Source of the DNA: Octopus sinensis
Lineage: Eukaryota
Direction of reading: 5' to 3'
NCBI RefSeq assembly: GCF_006345805.1
Contig: NC_043012.1
Location: forward strand, 14,756,001 to 14,820,000
DNA length: 64,000 bases
The notes beneath the pieces are model-generated. The model did not search any database, had not been told where the DNA came from, and was given only the letters and a program-made list of their open reading frames with translations. Made by a program: the position numbers and the translations under genes. This document shows, piece by piece, positions 12,490 to 24,763 of this stretch (the stretch's first letter is position 1; each line of letters opens with the position of its first letter).

Positions 12490-13684
12490 CAGAGTGCGGT
12501 GAATATATTGTCGTCTAAATTATGCAAAAATGAAAATAACACTGACATCTCATTTTAACAGATATATTTACCAAAATTACATAAAAATATATTGAAATTC
12601 TAAAGAGTAAATTTATTCAATAAAATCGCCATTGGCTTCAACCATGGCCTCCAGACGACTTTGGAATCTCCTGCAATTCTGGAAACAAGGTGTTTTGTTC
12701 AGCATCCTTAAACAAACCTTATTCAGAGACCTTTTGAGTGGGATGGGCTACTCAGCCTGAAGAAAACTCTAACTGGACCCCACCTGCAAAGTCATGTACT
12801 GTTTATCTTGATACAAAGTCACCATGTCATGCACAAATGGTTGTAAAGCATGTGCCTGATGTACCCTTACCAGACAGGTAGTCATGATGGGTATACTGGA
12901 CTTTGTATATCTGTACCACAGAGTCACTTTGATGGCATGAGTTGCTCTCTCATTCAATAATAAAATAACAATGGTATAGTGATATGTCTTCTGGACAGTC
13001 CCTTTGTTCAAGTTGATGAATGCTGCTACAATCCTTGCCTTCAGTTCATCTTTGGTGTTACAAGGAGTTTTGTTGGTCTCTCACTCAACTGCGCCCCACG
13101 CATAATAATCCTGGGAGTTGCTGTGTGAGGAGTTAGGTGGCTGGATGTTAGGAGTGATGTGGTTGCAGAAATTGTCTGACAGCCACGACTGGGTTCTTCT
13201 GCTTGGGTGGCATGGTGCAGAGTCCTGTTGCCAGACACAGGGTCTTTCTGTAGCCATCCTCTTCTCCCAGGCAGCACTACCTCCTCCAGGCACTTGATGT
13301 AGGCTTCCGTGTTGAGTCTGAGGTTGTGTGGGAAGATAAATGGAGGCATAATGTCACATCACTAGTGATCACTCCAAACACCGTGATGTTGATTGGATGT
13401 TTGATTTTTATCATTCTCAGTACATGTTTTGGGGACACAGCAAGCCAACGGTTGTTCTGTGTGTTCACCATCTATTTGTATTGGAGCTTCCAGCATGAAT
13501 ACCAAGGAGTACAACATGTTGTTTCCGAATTTCTGGTAGAGTGAATTGCATCATGGTGCTGTTTTTCTCACAGACAGTGCCCAACTGACCCCACTGTACT
13601 GTGTTTCCAACAAAATCAAAAACAAACACTGCACATGCACGAAATTAAAAATATAAAATGGTGACAACTTACTCATTGCACCCA

Positions 13685-13685
<1 letters not shown>
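12490..13685 (-). mobile_element. Decayed Tc1/mariner DNA transposon (maT/DD37D-like) with internal deletion and a nested retroposon
   Basis: Peptides LNTEAYIKCLEEVVLP and WQQDSAPCH...PPNSSHSNSQDYYAWGAVE; degenerate TIRs ta|cagagtgcggtga... and ...tcattgcacccag|ta. Confidence 0.75.
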
Positions 13686-13687
<2 letters not shown>

Positions 13688-13731
<44 letters not shown>

Positions 13732-13806
13732 TGTGTCTGTGTGTGTGTCTGTGTCTGTGTGTGTGTCTGTGTGTCTGCCTGTCTGTCTGTGTGTGTCTGT
13801 GTGTGC
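13688..13806. repeat. (TG)n/(TGTC)n microsatellite
   Basis: Direct reading. Confidence 0.95.
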
Positions 13807-14544
13807 ACGCGTGTACTATAACTACATTTGCTGATTGAATTCAGTTCCTTGTGTTTCAGAATGCTATTAATGTCAAAACTATGTCCCATGACATCAGAAA
13901 TATGTTTGCTAACATATTTGTTGATAAAAGCTGTATGAAGAATATTTCCGATCAATGACCAGACAGAAACATTAGACTCAGTGAATAATTTATTAAGATA
14001 AATTAGAACAATTCCTACAAAGAATTATTTCCATGTAGCAGCTAGTTACGCAATCAGTATTGCATGCAATCCAAAATCTCCCAGGTATTGAAGAAATGTT
14101 GAGAACTAGTGTTTAACTAGTTTTATACAGCATGAAACAGAAACTTAAACCTCCCTCCCCGCCACCTCCAAGGCGAAGTGGCCAAGTTTCTTTTGAGTGT
14201 TGGGCCTCACGGAGACAATGACCAAGACCTTTGGCATTATGTTGTGCTTGAGAGAAGACCCATCAAGCCGAGCAAAATTGCAGTTGCGGCAGATACTAGT
14301 GTCACGCAAATGGCACGTAAAAGCACCCATTACACTCTCAGAGTAGTTGGCATTAGGAAGGGCATCCGGCTTTCTCCAGAACCATTGTGTTGGGAAGCAA
14401 GCTTCTCACCACACAGCCACACCTGCACCGAAAAGATAAAAAAATAGAAAATTGATCCTGGATTTAGAGAGACAAGCCTAATGTCACAAGGCACTTTTTT
14501 GGTGCAGCACCTTTTGAGACAATTCAAGCAGTAGAAACATCCTT

Positions 14545-15117
14545 CCTGACCTGCTCCAAAGAAAGCCAAGGTCATTTGATCTGCAGTGAAGGTGAAGGCC
14601 TCAGTTTTTTTGGGATGCAAAAGGTACTGTGTTTATTGACTATCTTCAAAAGGGTCACACCATCAATGGAGAATACTATGCCAACTTGCTGAAGCAGTTA
14701 TGAAAGGCTATCAAGACCAAATGCCTAAGAAAACTGACGAAAGGGGTTTTGTTTCATCAGGACCATGCTCCAGCACACAAGTCCTTGGTTTCAATAGCTG
14801 CTGTGGTTTTGAACAGGTTGATCACCCTCCCTATTTTCCCGATTTGGTTCCATCTGACTATCATCTGTTCCCCAACATAAAAAAAAAACCCCACTTAGCT
14901 GGGAACCAGCATTGCATTGATACTGATGTTATATCTGCTGGTGAGGACTTTTTTGACCAACAGGATGAAAGCCTCACCGATGGGATCTAAGTGCTGCAGC
15001 ACTAATGGAATAAGTGTGTGGACTGCAAGAGGAACTATGTTGAAGAATAAACATCCTTTGGTCACATTCCATGAGAGTATCTTAATCAGCCTATGAACTT
15101 TTCAGGCAAACTTCTAC
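14545..15117 (+). mobile_element. Decayed mariner (DD34D-type) transposase, 3' half
   Basis: VFWDAKG, DYLQKGHTINGEYYANLL, HPPYFPDLVPSDYHLFPNIK, WNKCVD..NYVE; stops and frameshifts. Confidence 0.88.
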
Positions 15118-15164
15118 TGAAGGTATCCATTTGATTCCTGGAACCCATTGCCATATTTAGATCT

Positions 15165-15394
15165 ATTTCTTTACTACCCACAAGGGGCTAAACACAGAGA
15201 GGACAAACAAGGACAGACAAAGGGATTAAGTCGATTATATCGACCCCAGTGTGTAACTGGTACTTATTTAATTGACCCCGAAAGGATGAAAGGCAAAGTC
15301 GACCTCGGCGAAATTTGAACTCAGAATGTAACGGCAGACGAAATACGGCTACGCATTTTGCCTGGCGTGCTAACGGTTCTGCCATCTCGCCGCC
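15165..15394 (-). mobile_element. tRNA-head SINE (type B), CpG-intact
   Basis: Reverse complement ggcggcgagatggcagaaccgttagcacgcc...; inverted relative to 16041-16436. Confidence 0.85.
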
Positions 15395-15859
15395 TAAGTT
15401 ATATAAATAAAGTTTGATGATGGTGGTGGTGGTGGTGGTGGTGCACAAGTTTTTTCAAAACTTGAAAATGTGTATGCTTTAAGAGACGTTTGAGACTGGA
15501 AGGCTCTCAGCCAGTCATAGGCAATATGTGACGCATGGGATTTACCTGAATGGCACAGCTAAATGGATAATTACTTTGAATTATTTTTAGTAGTATGGCC
15601 CACCTGATGATGAGCCATATCTCATGCAGCCAGCTTTTTGGGGAAAATTTATCTTGTTTACTTTTAGCCGTAGCCTGCTTAGCTTATGTCTAAATCCATC
15701 ATATTCAACTTACTGGAAGATATAAATACAGGTACTGCAACTTTCCAAAATAATTATCAATTACATAGTGACCAGCTGTTTACAATATTCACCTTCTTTG
15801 TAAGAACATTTATTTGGAGAAATTTATAATTTTTTAAATTAACAACAAAAAAAAAATCT

Positions 15860-15976
15860 CTTCAGAGAAAAGAGAGAGAGGAGAGAGAAAGTGAGAAAGA
15901 TAGAGAGAGAAAAAATTGAGGCATAGAAAGAAAAGAGCGAGATATAAAGAGAAAGAAAGAGAAAAACGGTGAAAAT

Positions 15977-16025
<49 letters not shown>
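15860..16025. repeat. (GA)n purine tract upstream of the putative promoter
   Basis: Direct reading; second tract at 16440-16510. Confidence 0.9.
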
Positions 16026-16027
<2 letters not shown>

Positions 16028-16040
16028 CTAAACAGAGAAC

Positions 16041-16436
16041 GGCGAGCTGGCAGAAACGTTAGCGCACCGGGCGAAATGCTTAGCAGTATTTCGTCTGTCT
16101 TTACGTTCTGAGTTCAAATTCCGCCGAGGTCGACTTTGCTTTTCATCCTTTCGGGGTCGATTAAATACGTACCAGTTACGCACTGGGGTCGATATAATCG
16201 ACTTAATCCGTTTGTCTGTCCTTGTTTGTCCTCTCTGTGTTTAGCCCCTTGTGGGTAGTAAAGAAATAAGTATTTCGTCTGTCTTTACGTTCTGAGTTCA
16301 AACTTCGCCGAGGTCGACTTTGCCTTTCATCATTTCGGGGTCGATAAATTAAGTACCAGTTGCGTACTGGAGTCGATGTAATCGACTGATCCCCTCCCCA
16401 AAAATTTCGGGCCTTGTACCTAGAATAGAAAAGGAT
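16041..16436 (+). mobile_element. Dimeric tRNA-head SINE (type B), CpG-intact
   Basis: ggcgagctggcagaaacgttagcgcaccgggcg...; two cores with tttcatcctttcggggtcgat..aagtaccag (resembles the Meta-SINE domain; inference). Confidence 0.85.
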
Positions 16437-16788
16437 AAATAGAGAGAGAGAAAGAGAAAAGGAGGGAGAAGGAGAAAAGGAGAGAGAAAGAGAAAAGGAG
16501 AGAGAAAAAATAATATTAGAGAGAAAAGAAAATTAGTCGTAAGCAATTCCGAACAGCAGTGGTTGGGTTTGAACCCCGATTTAAATGTAGTCGTGCAGCT
16601 AAACGAGTGGCTTCCCTTAACTGGAAAGCCATCTCCGATGCTCCGCTTTCATCTCTCCTTTGCTCCACTCACACCTTCTGTCTCTCCTCGCTTCCACTCC
16701 CAATATTTCTTCTCATTAGGAGCGACTACTGACTTCGTCGACGGCCTCCTTGCTTACTCCCAGGAAATGTTATTCCACACCTAACGAG

Positions 16789-16806
16789 ATGCCGATCAAA
16801 GCTAAG
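16789..16806 (+). CDS. CCDC28: Putative first coding exon of the CCDC28-like gene (MPIKAK)
   Basis: ATG CCG ATC AAA GCT AAG|gtgaga, phase 0, in frame with the exon starting at 54409; lies in the CpG-rich region; no homology support. Confidence 0.45.
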
Positions 16807-17714
16807 GTGAGAACTCTTTGCTTTTTTTTACTCTTTCTCTGGCATTTTTAATTTATGAAATTTATTCTTTCCTGCAGATCGGGTTTTGTTTCATTTTTAG
16901 TGATTAAACATTTAGATATTGAAAATAATCTTTAAAAAAACCCACACAAACATAACCACATATACACATTTTCGTATATCTCACAGATTTCCTGACACTC
17001 ACGCACGAAACACAAACAGAATTATTGATTGAGTAGTTTTTGTTTATGCTACACATCTGATCTGTTTCTTAGGGGGGGGGTGAAAATAATTAATGAATTA
17101 AACGTGGATTTCTAAGCTAAACTCCAATCAACTTGTTCAGAAAAAGTGAAAACACAAAGAAAATCTATTTTTATTTCCTAATCTTTACATAAAACTCCAT
17201 CCAAGGTTTTCACAAAACGTAGTTTATTTACCTTTTTATTTTAATTACTTCCTCGATTTCTCATCGATCTTCTCTACAATAATTGTTATAACAATTACAA
17301 CTACATAAAACAAAAAAATACAGCAATATTTCGTTTAATGTTTTAAATTTTGGAGTTGGTAGGTTCTAAGTTTTGTTTTTGTTTTCTTGTTTTTATGCCA
17401 AGCTCCAAATATTAACAATAAGTAAACCTCTACGTGGTGTTCGACCTGCTAGACATAGCTGTCAAATCTCATTTAAATAACTCAATACTTAATGTATATA
17501 GAAAAAAAAAAGATGTAGTCGGGAGTAAACAATGCCTTATAAAAGAATTTTTTTTTAAGTGGGTGGACGATGGACATTGATAGAATTCCTTTGATCCTTC
17601 ATAGATTTGTTCCGTCGGGGTTGCCAGGACTAAACAACAACATTGAAAATAACCCGTTCTTGCTCACATTCACACACCTGACTTCATCATAATTTTGCGT
17701 TCGATACCGCTCTA

Positions 17715-17766
17715 TGTATCTATCTATCTACCTATCTATCTATCTACCTATCTATCTATCTATCTG

Positions 17767-17797
<31 letters not shown>

Positions 17798-18028
17798 GTC
17801 TATCTATCTATCTGTCTATCTATCTATCTATCAATCTGTCTATCTATTTTTTTTTTTTTTTTTTAATACCTTCAAAAGAAAAGCTCTACCTTGTAATTTG
17901 TTCTATCTGTGTGCAGCCCTGTGTGGCTAATAAAGAAACATATCTATCAATCTATCCATCTATCTATCTATCTACCTACCTACCTACCTATCTAACCTAC
18001 CTACCTACCTATCAATCTATCTATCTAC

Positions 18029-18101
<73 letters not shown>

Positions 18102-18175
18102 GAGTGAGCGAGCGATCTATCTATCTGTCTGTCTGTCCATCCATCCATCTATCTATCTACCCATCTATCTATCCA
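17715..18175. repeat. (TATC)n/(TACC)n tetranucleotide tracts
   Basis: Direct reading; source of the spurious SIYL ORF. Confidence 0.95.
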
Positions 18176-20688
18176 TCGCATGCATAATAATAAGCATGAT
18201 TCCTAGGATTGCTACTGTATGTATTACAGAGGTGTTCAGCGCTATACACTCGTCCCACCTCCCAAAACACGAAGAAACCATAGCGAAAGAGGATGTCAAA
18301 AGTTACTACCTTCCGCTGACTCATAAATAATTGTTCCTGCACGACTGATGTTGATATAAATTTGGTCGAATGTACACTGGCAACAACACTTTATCTTCTA
18401 AATAAATATCAGAGGATCCATTTTTAACGTTAGCTGCAATTTTCTGTCTATGAATTCTTAAAGTAAAAAGAGAATTATGCAAATTCAAAACAAACCCATC
18501 AGCCCCAACAGAGACAGGCACAGATGGTCGATGTTGTTTGTTTGCTACTAGCACTGGCTTTCCTGTATCTCTAACATCGTTTGATCAGCCTTTGATGAAT
18601 TCTATTTTCATTTTCACCAACATCCAACTCATTCATAGACGCTCAGCTGCAAAAAAGCTCGAGTTCTGCAATTCTTTGACTCTGGGATAATTTATCCCCG
18701 AGGAGAAATTTCAAGATTCCAAGAGGAAATTCGACGATTCGAGTGAGGAAATAGTTTTGGCTTGTAAAAATTCTTTGTCGTTATTTTGTAAGATTTTCAT
18801 TTGATGTTGATTTTAAGGGATTTTAATTTAATTGTTAAATTAATATAAGTCGTTTAAAATGTTATGCAATAAATTGTGGTTGCCTACAAATCTACTTTCT
18901 CGTATCATATATTGTAGGAAAATCGTTATGGTAAATTAGAAAAAGGGTCGAATATAGGGGAAAAGAAGGTTAGTCATTTTGATTAAGAAAAGAGGGAAAA
19001 AAACAACTTTTTTCATCGCTAAAATAAATACCACTAATAAACGGATTCGATCCTCTATTATAGAATTGGTGTTGCGTATAATCAAAAGGAATTGCTTTTA
19101 TTTTCTTAAACAACAAAGCTACTCGGCAGCACAACTTGCATTTCAAAAAAAAGTAGAATCGAAAGAGTTAAGTTATGCCGTCGTATAAATTCCTTTCCCA
19201 TTTATTTATTTTTGGTGCCGGGGGTGGAGTGGGGGATTTAGAATTCCGAAGAACTAAGGTGAAGGTAGCTACAGACGAAAGATCGGTTCTGACCTCCAAA
19301 AGGAAACAGTAGGATCACTGAGTCAGAGAAGAAATATTTCTAATAGAGGCACAAGGCCTCGTTTAAAAAGAATGGAACTGGATTCTGTGGCGTTCATGTT
19401 TTCTCAAAGACATTAGCGGCTTTAACTGGGAAGCTTATCAAAATGTAACGAAAGCCAATGTCAAACGAGGTGTCTTTGTATTTATTATATTTATGTATGG
19501 CGGGTGGAGGGGTTGGGTGGGGGGCTTGTTTTGTTCGTCGAAGAATAATTGTTTGAAGGGTGGTTAGACGGGGGGGGGGGTTAACATTAATTTTCTATAA
19601 AAATTCACATTCGTAAAGAAGGATAAAAACACTTTGAAAGACGAAGTAATCAGTGTTTCGAACTGTTCTAAACATGGAGGAATAAATATATTAAAAGAGA
19701 AAGATTGGTTGATTGGTGGATAAGGGGTTAAATATATAAAAAGGAATGCGTTTATGAAAGTAGGTGAGTACGTAGTTTATCCCCCAATATTAAAAGGGAA
19801 ATTTCTCATGGCTGTAACAAATTTAACAAACACACAGGTAGCCAAATACATTCACACATTGTTACAAAAACAAACACGTGTCGCGTGCGCATAGCACATC
19901 ATTACTCAATGGTGAAATTCCTCAAAAGCGCATGTCCTTCTGTTGACATGTACATGTTATTGTTTTTTTTAGCCCTAGGTTGAGATTGGTTGAACGAAGT
20001 TTTGATAAAACATATGCTTATCTGTAGCCACCCCGATCATATAGGAATGTCTGATGACTTCATTATTTAATGTGAAATTTTACTTGAAAGAAAACAGGAC
20101 TGTACGAACAACGAAAATTGAGGGTTTTTTTTCACTTGAATGTATTCTGATAAGGAGGGTCCTCTACAAATGGATAATCGTTCTACTGGAACAATATTAT
20201 CATGCAGAAAAGCAGAACTGACATAAAATGATTTTAGCTATTGTGTATGTTTGCCTGCGTATATCACCAATCGCACCTACCATTGCCCAGGCGTGCACAC
20301 ACACATACACGTTCAAATACATACATCATTATTAACGACTTTTTTCCGTGCTGGCATGGTTGGCCGTTTTTTTCCTGAGCTGGTGAACCAGAGAACTGCA
20401 TGAAGCTCCAGTGTCTGCTTTGGCATGGTTTCTATGGCTGGATGCCCTTCCTAATGCCAACCACTTTACTGAGTGTACTGGATGCTTTTTCGTGGCATTG
20501 CTACCAGTGAAGTCACCAAGCAACACCAAGGAGTGTAGTTCCCAGCCGATGGGAAATTAAAGGGTTAATCAAACTAATATTCAATTTTTTACCCTTATTA
20601 TTAAAAATATACATATATATATATATAAATATATATATATGTATATTTTTAATAATAAGGGTAAAAAATTGAATATTAATTTGATTAA

Positions 20689-20910
20689 TCCTTTCGTTAC
20701 CAACCCAGCTGAAACCGGCTCTGGTTCTGAGTACAAATGTCTTGTTTTCATAAATTTTTTGAATTAAAATCTTCCACCAAACCTTAGTCACAATTTATGT
20801 TCGTAACACTAGCTTAATTATAACTAAGTTATTTTACTAAATTCTTTGTTATATTTAAAGTAATTGAAAAGAACACAGAGCATCTCAAAATAAATGCAGT
20901 AACGAAAGGG
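20689..20910. mobile_element. piggyBac-type MITE (family 1), TTAA TSD
   Basis: ttaa|tcctttcgttac ... gtaacgaaaggg|ttaa; related copies at 24764-24991 and 56763-57319. Confidence 0.85.
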
Positions 20911-20975
20911 TTAATATCAATTTAAAACCAGTGGTCTAGAATATAAAAATCTGAAGGTTCAGAAAACTATATTAC

Positions 20976-21274
20976 ATCCATATAAGAGGGATGACCACTA
21001 CGTGGAGATCCCTTATGTTAGAAGTAGATCCGTTTATGGTCTTACCACTATGAAAGGAATGTTCTCAAGAAAACATTTAGCAAATGCCAGAACTGTTGAT
21101 AGCGGAACATGTCTATGATTAAATCTCTATTTTTTTTTTTTCATTTGTCTTGCTCGCTTACATTCTGGCATTTGCTAGATTTTTTCTTGAGAACATTCCT
21201 TTCATAGCGGTAAGACCGTAACGGATCTACTTCTAGCATAAGGGTTGTCCACATAGTGGTGATCCCTCTTATAT

Positions 21275-21278
<4 letters not shown>
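20976..21278. repeat. Imperfect fold-back (about 135-bp arms) next to (TA)n, no canonical HHR core
   Basis: tccatataagagggat...gccagaa versus ttctggc...atccctcttatatgga. Confidence 0.8.
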
Positions 21279-21318
<40 letters not shown>

Positions 21319-21557
21319 GTAGATGCATATATTTATGTTTGTGTGTTTTTATGTTTGTGTCCCTCCCCACTGTTTGACAATCAGTGGTGCCCTTGTAACT
21401 TAATGGTTTAGCCATAAGAGTACCAAGCTCAGGAAAAAAGAAACAAGATAAATACTGGGGTTCTGTTTTTTTTTTAACTAAAACCCTACAGAATGGTGCC
21501 TCTGCAAGCTGCAGTCCATTCACTGAAACAAGTAAAAGATATGTGTGCATGTATAAA

Positions 21558-21589
<32 letters not shown>

Positions 21590-21590
21590 A

Positions 21591-22013
21591 AATATTAATT
21601 AGAGACAAAACCACTATTTTGCAAAACAAACAAGGAAAGACTTAATCAATACATAAAATTTTAATAAAAAGTAAAAAAACCACCACTACAATTGTTTCAT
21701 GTCTTCAATGACAATCTTCAGGTGGATTTCCGATTTTCAAATCAGTTTCAATTTATGAAGTCTTCATAAATTGAAACTGATTTGAAAATCGGAAATCCAC
21801 CTGAAGATTGTCATTGAAGACATGAAACAATTGTAGTGGTGGTTTTTTTTACTTTTTATTAAAATTTTATGTATTGATTAAGTCTTTCCTTGTTTGTTTT
21901 GCAAAATAGTGGTTTTGTCTCTAATTAATATTATATAATATTTTACTATAAAATTGGATTTAATCCTAAATCTGATTTTTTTCCCTGTAAATTTGGATTT
22001 ATTCCCTAATATT

Positions 22014-22020
<7 letters not shown>
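21591..22020 (+). mobile_element. Fold-back plus tail HHR element (family C); HHRs at 21797-21839 (+) and 21683-21725 (-)
   Basis: About 170-bp arms around a 1-nt centre (21761), one indel seen; ccac-CTGAAGA-ttgtc(attgaa)gacat-GAAA-caattg-TA-gtgg; (TA)n on both sides. Confidence 0.85.
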
Positions 22021-22060
<40 letters not shown>

Positions 22061-22921
22061 TAAATTAGAGATAAAACCACTATTAAGCAAATCATACAAT
22101 GAAAAACTTAAGCCAATACATAAGATTAATTAATTTATATTATTTTAAATATATATCAAAATTATTAAATTATTAAAATTATTATATATCTCAGTGGTGA
22201 CCCCAATACTCGGGTTGTTCGGGCTTAGCCCGATTATAAATTTAGTAAAGTGAGTGTGTATTTTGCAAGCTGATTTAATTTCTGCCAACACTGACTTCAA
22301 GTACATAATTGCAGCCCATAACTCAGGTTCCTTTTATTGAGCCTGGTCACAGTTGATTTATTTTCGTTCAGCATCTGGTGGTCATCTTAGAGGTACCCTG
22401 TGTCAAAAAATAATATTCGTAGCAGACATTCTCACAATATCATTCACATGCACTTGACTTGAGCTCAGAAGTTATAACCTGAATTGTTAACTATAATCAT
22501 AAAAATTAAAAGTAATTCAATTCAAATTGAATGTTTTCTTGAAACAATAAATTTCTATAGAGATTGGGATTTAAATTCCAATCTAGGAAAAGTTTCTATT
22601 CTACAATATTCTTAGAGGAACAGAAAATTATCCAGCAACTCGGGCTAATACAAACAAGCCTGGTAGGTGTAAAAGGGTAACTGGTGTCTCTTATCAAGAT
22701 TACAGGCAATAGTCAGATCACTGATGTTATTTGATTGCTGTTATTCTGTGCATGTGTGTGTAAAGATCAGTTGTGTTTTGCAGGGTTGCTTTATTTTAAC
22801 CCTTAACTTCAAAATGGAGAAAGACATAGTGCTAGATATAAAAAAATAAGGCTTAAAAATATTGAGGCTAGAAATATTGTGGAAAAACGTGAAATTTTTC
22901 GAGCAGGCCTGTGTTTAATGC

Positions 22922-23015
22922 AAAATCTGTGATGAGCCTGAGTGATTAAATCTGTAATGAGCCCATGTGATGAAATCTGTGATGAGTCCGAGTTATGCTG
23001 ATGACCTGGAGTTGA
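22922..23015. repeat. Short minisatellite (aaatctgtgatgagcc.., about 25-bp unit)
   Basis: Three to four degenerate units. Confidence 0.6.
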
Positions 23016-23364
23016 CTCTGATATATATACATATATATATAAGGGTTAAGACCCTCTTTGGTCATGAATGGCCATGGGATTGCACCTAGAAAGTTCCCCT
23101 CCAAGGCACAAGTCTGGGCAAGGTTGTTTCAGAAAGACCAACAGTCACACATGTATACTGGCCTCCCCTCTTCATGCCACCTATGTTATCCAAGGGAAAG
23201 GCAAAGGGGCCAATACAGCTTGGCACCAGTGAGCGAACTGGAGCAACATCAAATAAAGCATCTTGCTCAAAAACACAACACAACACTCAACCTAGTCTGG
23301 AAATCAAATTCACTACCTCATGATTGTAAGCCTGATGCTCTAACCACTGAGCCATTTGCATTCA

Positions 23365-23415
<51 letters not shown>

Positions 23416-23417
<2 letters not shown>

Positions 23418-23764
23418 ACATCAAAAATTAATGGAAATCGTAGTCGTGATCCCTGTGCCGGTGGCACGTAAAAAGCACCATCCGAACGTGGCTGATGCAC
23501 CAGCGCCACCTTGACTGGCTTCCGTGCCAGTGGCACGTAAAAAGCACCAACTGATCGAGGCCGTTGCCAGCCTCACCTGGCACCTGTGCCGGTGGCACAT
23601 AAAAGCACCCACTACACTCATGGAGTGGTTGGCGTTAGGAAGGGCATCCAGCTGTAGAAACACTGCTAGATCAGACTGGGCCTGGTGCAGTCTCCTGGCT
23701 TCTCAGACCCCAGTCAAACCAACCCACGCCAGCATGGAAAATGGACGTTAAACGATGATGATGA
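23416..23764 (+). mobile_element. (ATG)n-tailed SINE family C with three internal hairpin modules
   Basis: gtgccggtggcacgtaaaaagcacc x3, then ttggcgttaggaagggcatccagctgtagaaac and ...ggacgttaaacgatgatg. Confidence 0.85.
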
Positions 23765-24631
23765 ATATTTACTAAAATATTCAGTAAAAATATTCAGTAG
23801 CGTAATACTGGCTGAAGGGTATACAGATGATTCAACTAGACTATATTTATAGATGTACCATAGTTAGATTGTATCTAATGTAATGTGAACTCCCCCCACT
23901 GGTTTTAGAAATATATTTTTTGCATTTTCTATTTAAGTTCTTAACCAATCTTAATGTATCTATTTTTTCTGGAAGTTCTGTCTGTCTGTCTATATTTTTT
24001 TGCAAACTGTGAAGAAGTACGCTTTGACCTAGTTTGTGCTTCCCTTACTACTAAATTCTTTCAGGATATCATTAGGGTCACTCTAGGGTTAAATGATAAC
24101 GAACTTTATAGCTAAATAATTTTTCTCAACCACTTCTACTAAACTCATACATCCCCCTATCTAAAACATAGAATAAGACCATCAGAATTCTACTTCAGTC
24201 CGCTTCAAAGACTCGTAATGAAAGCAGCTTGAATGAAGCTGCATGGATCCATTTGCCTTGAATGAAATCACAATGCAACTGAACCAACCACATCCTGGGG
24301 TATCTATGCAGTAGAAACATGTATTGGATAGAATTTAAAAGAGAATATATTGTATATATGACTGTAATAAACAAGCTTAAATATACATCCTGTATGCTGT
24401 ACAAGATCCAAAGAAGTGAACTCGGAATTAACCCAAAGGTTGAAATATCATGTGGTTGTTTCCCTTAAATAATTTTCTGTTGATCATTATCCGTCTACCA
24501 AATCCACTCACAAGGCTTTGGTCAGCCCAAGGCTATAGTAGAATACACTTGCCCAAGGTACCACGTAGTGGGACTGAACTCGGAACCATGTGGTTCATTA
24601 GCAAGCTACTTAACACACAACCACTCCTACG

Positions 24632-24726
<95 letters not shown>

Positions 24727-24763
24727 CAGATATAAATATATATAAAAGTGAAATATCTTTTAA

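Larger units (their letters stand above)
16030..19950. promoter_or_regulatory. CpG-retaining (probably unmethylated) promoter / first-exon region
   Basis: Visibly higher CG dinucleotide density than flanks; contains a strong donor AAG|GTGAGA at 16806/16807. Confidence 0.55.

Noticed and set aside
15668-15731. Exon-like segment (ttttag|...acag|gtactg)
   Set aside because: Weak donor, no coding signal, and cannot be linked to a transcript
18321-18554. 77-aa minus-strand ORF in the CpG-rich region
   Set aside because: Non-ATG start, no recognisable domain, no convincing splice sites
23455-23612. CRISPR-like array (25-bp palindromic repeat with about 40-nt spacers)
   Set aside because: Spacers are homologous to each other and recur in many dispersed SINE copies; eukaryotic context; no cas genes
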